A stretch of 62,171 nt of DNA, the filler included, from Sphacelaria rigidula (Eukaryota): assembly GCA_964200075.2 (NCBI GenBank). It is 8 parts of 8 records of this genome, joined end to end, with 100 filler letters (N's around TTAATTAATTAA, not from the genome) between each part and the next. Parts side by side here need not be neighbours in the genome. Positions count along the whole stretch, not along the records: positions 54,490 to 62,171 come from CAXNAA020013806.1; 7 more parts are not named here. One strand, 5' to 3'. Positions 61,201 through 62,171 of this stretch are shown one piece after another (the stretch's first letter is position 1; each line of letters starts with the position of its first letter). The notes beneath the pieces are model-generated. The model was not told where the DNA came from, did not search any database, and saw nothing but the letters and a program-made list of their open reading frames with translations. A program made the position numbers and the translations under genes.

Positions 61201-62171
61201 TTCCATGGGTTCTTGTTCTTGGCTAACCTCTCTGCAGACATATATGTGTGAGGGTGTTCGCACGTTATATTTCAATCGACAATGTGCGGTTGAGAAGGAA
61301 TTCCGATGTGGTAGGCAGTGATTTCAACCATCGTCACTGATGTTGAAATCACGATCTCAGATCGGAATTTTTCAGTTCTCGCTTCTGTTTTCCATCACTC
61401 TGTTTCGATCGAGAAATTTTGAAAGCGATTTGCCGAGACACGGCCAATCAAGTCTCTCCGCGTTTTGTATCGGTTCACCTCGGTTTGTGGGCATCTCGAT
61501 TTCCACAGATTTGCCACAGTAGTCCACGACCACCCCTCCATACACACCATGCCCAAGTGGGGATGACTGGATTGATTTATCTTGCTTAATCACAGACACA
61601 CTTACTGGGATAGCTCACCAAGTCTCAGGAGTTGGGTTAGACCGTGGTCATCATGCTGCCACCGCGGCGACCTGTGGCAAGTTGGTTCGTACAACCACGG
61701 CAGACTTCCCGGGCGGGGTGATTGGATATTTGAAAGAAAACGATTCGCAACATGACATGATGAGTGAATATACATCCTCATGCGATGGTCGGAATCATTA
61801 ATTGATTCTACCCGTGCCGGTTCTCTTTTATTGTTTGCCACCCGTACTATTTGGATTCCTCATGTCAAGAGACGGGATCAAGTTGTGATGCGACCTGATG
61901 CGCAGAACTTGTCCGGTTCGGTAAAAAAAAGGACGCCAGGTTTTGACTATTATTCATGGATTTATCAAATATCGGCCTCATGATACTATAATATTCATAT
62001 TGATCACATACGCTGTATAGTGATAGTAGGTTGTGCACAAGAGAGAATGTCAAACATTGTTTATTTCTCACCAACGGGCCGATTCTGTAGGTGTGCATGC
62101 TCGACACTTTAAACAGTGTTTTCGTGAGATTGAGAGTAGATGATACGATTGAGAGTGAAAAGCGGTCAATC

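Overview
Eukaryotic, repeat-rich, intron-rich DNA whose genes and repeats point to a photosynthetic stramenopile, most likely a brown alga (inference). The window is not contiguous. It is eight unrelated contigs of 7,685-7,682 bp (1-7685, 7786-15470, 15571-23255, 23356-31039, 31140-38823, 38924-46606, 46707-54389, 54490-62171), sorted by length and joined by artificial 100-nt linkers (N44-TTAATTAATTAA-N44). Most entries in the ORF track are spurious. Four spliced genes can be assembled from GT-AG exons: succinate dehydrogenase cytochrome b560 (SDH3/SDHC; 3 exons, 5' end unresolved), the first exon of pyruvate carboxylase, a TIC21/PIC1 (DUF3611) plastid envelope protein (4 exons, 5' end missing), and part of an EF-hand-containing protein resembling the N-terminal extension of algal mitochondrial-carrier-family proteins. 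The rest is mobile DNA: two tRNA-derived SINE families, a hAT MITE with an 8-bp TSD, TA-flanked Tc1/pogo-type elements, a BED-finger hAT remnant, a palindromic element carrying telomeric repeats, decayed LINE/LTR fragments, and micro- and minisatellites. The most unusual signal is a family of ultra-short (about 67 and about 95 nt) fixed-ended, potentially structured elements found 10 times across 5 of the 8 contigs. They have no Pol III boxes, TIRs or poly(A), show 12-16 bp target-site duplications where these are preserved, and sit at C-rich sites. No CRISPR array, rRNA, intact tRNA or operon-like system is supported.
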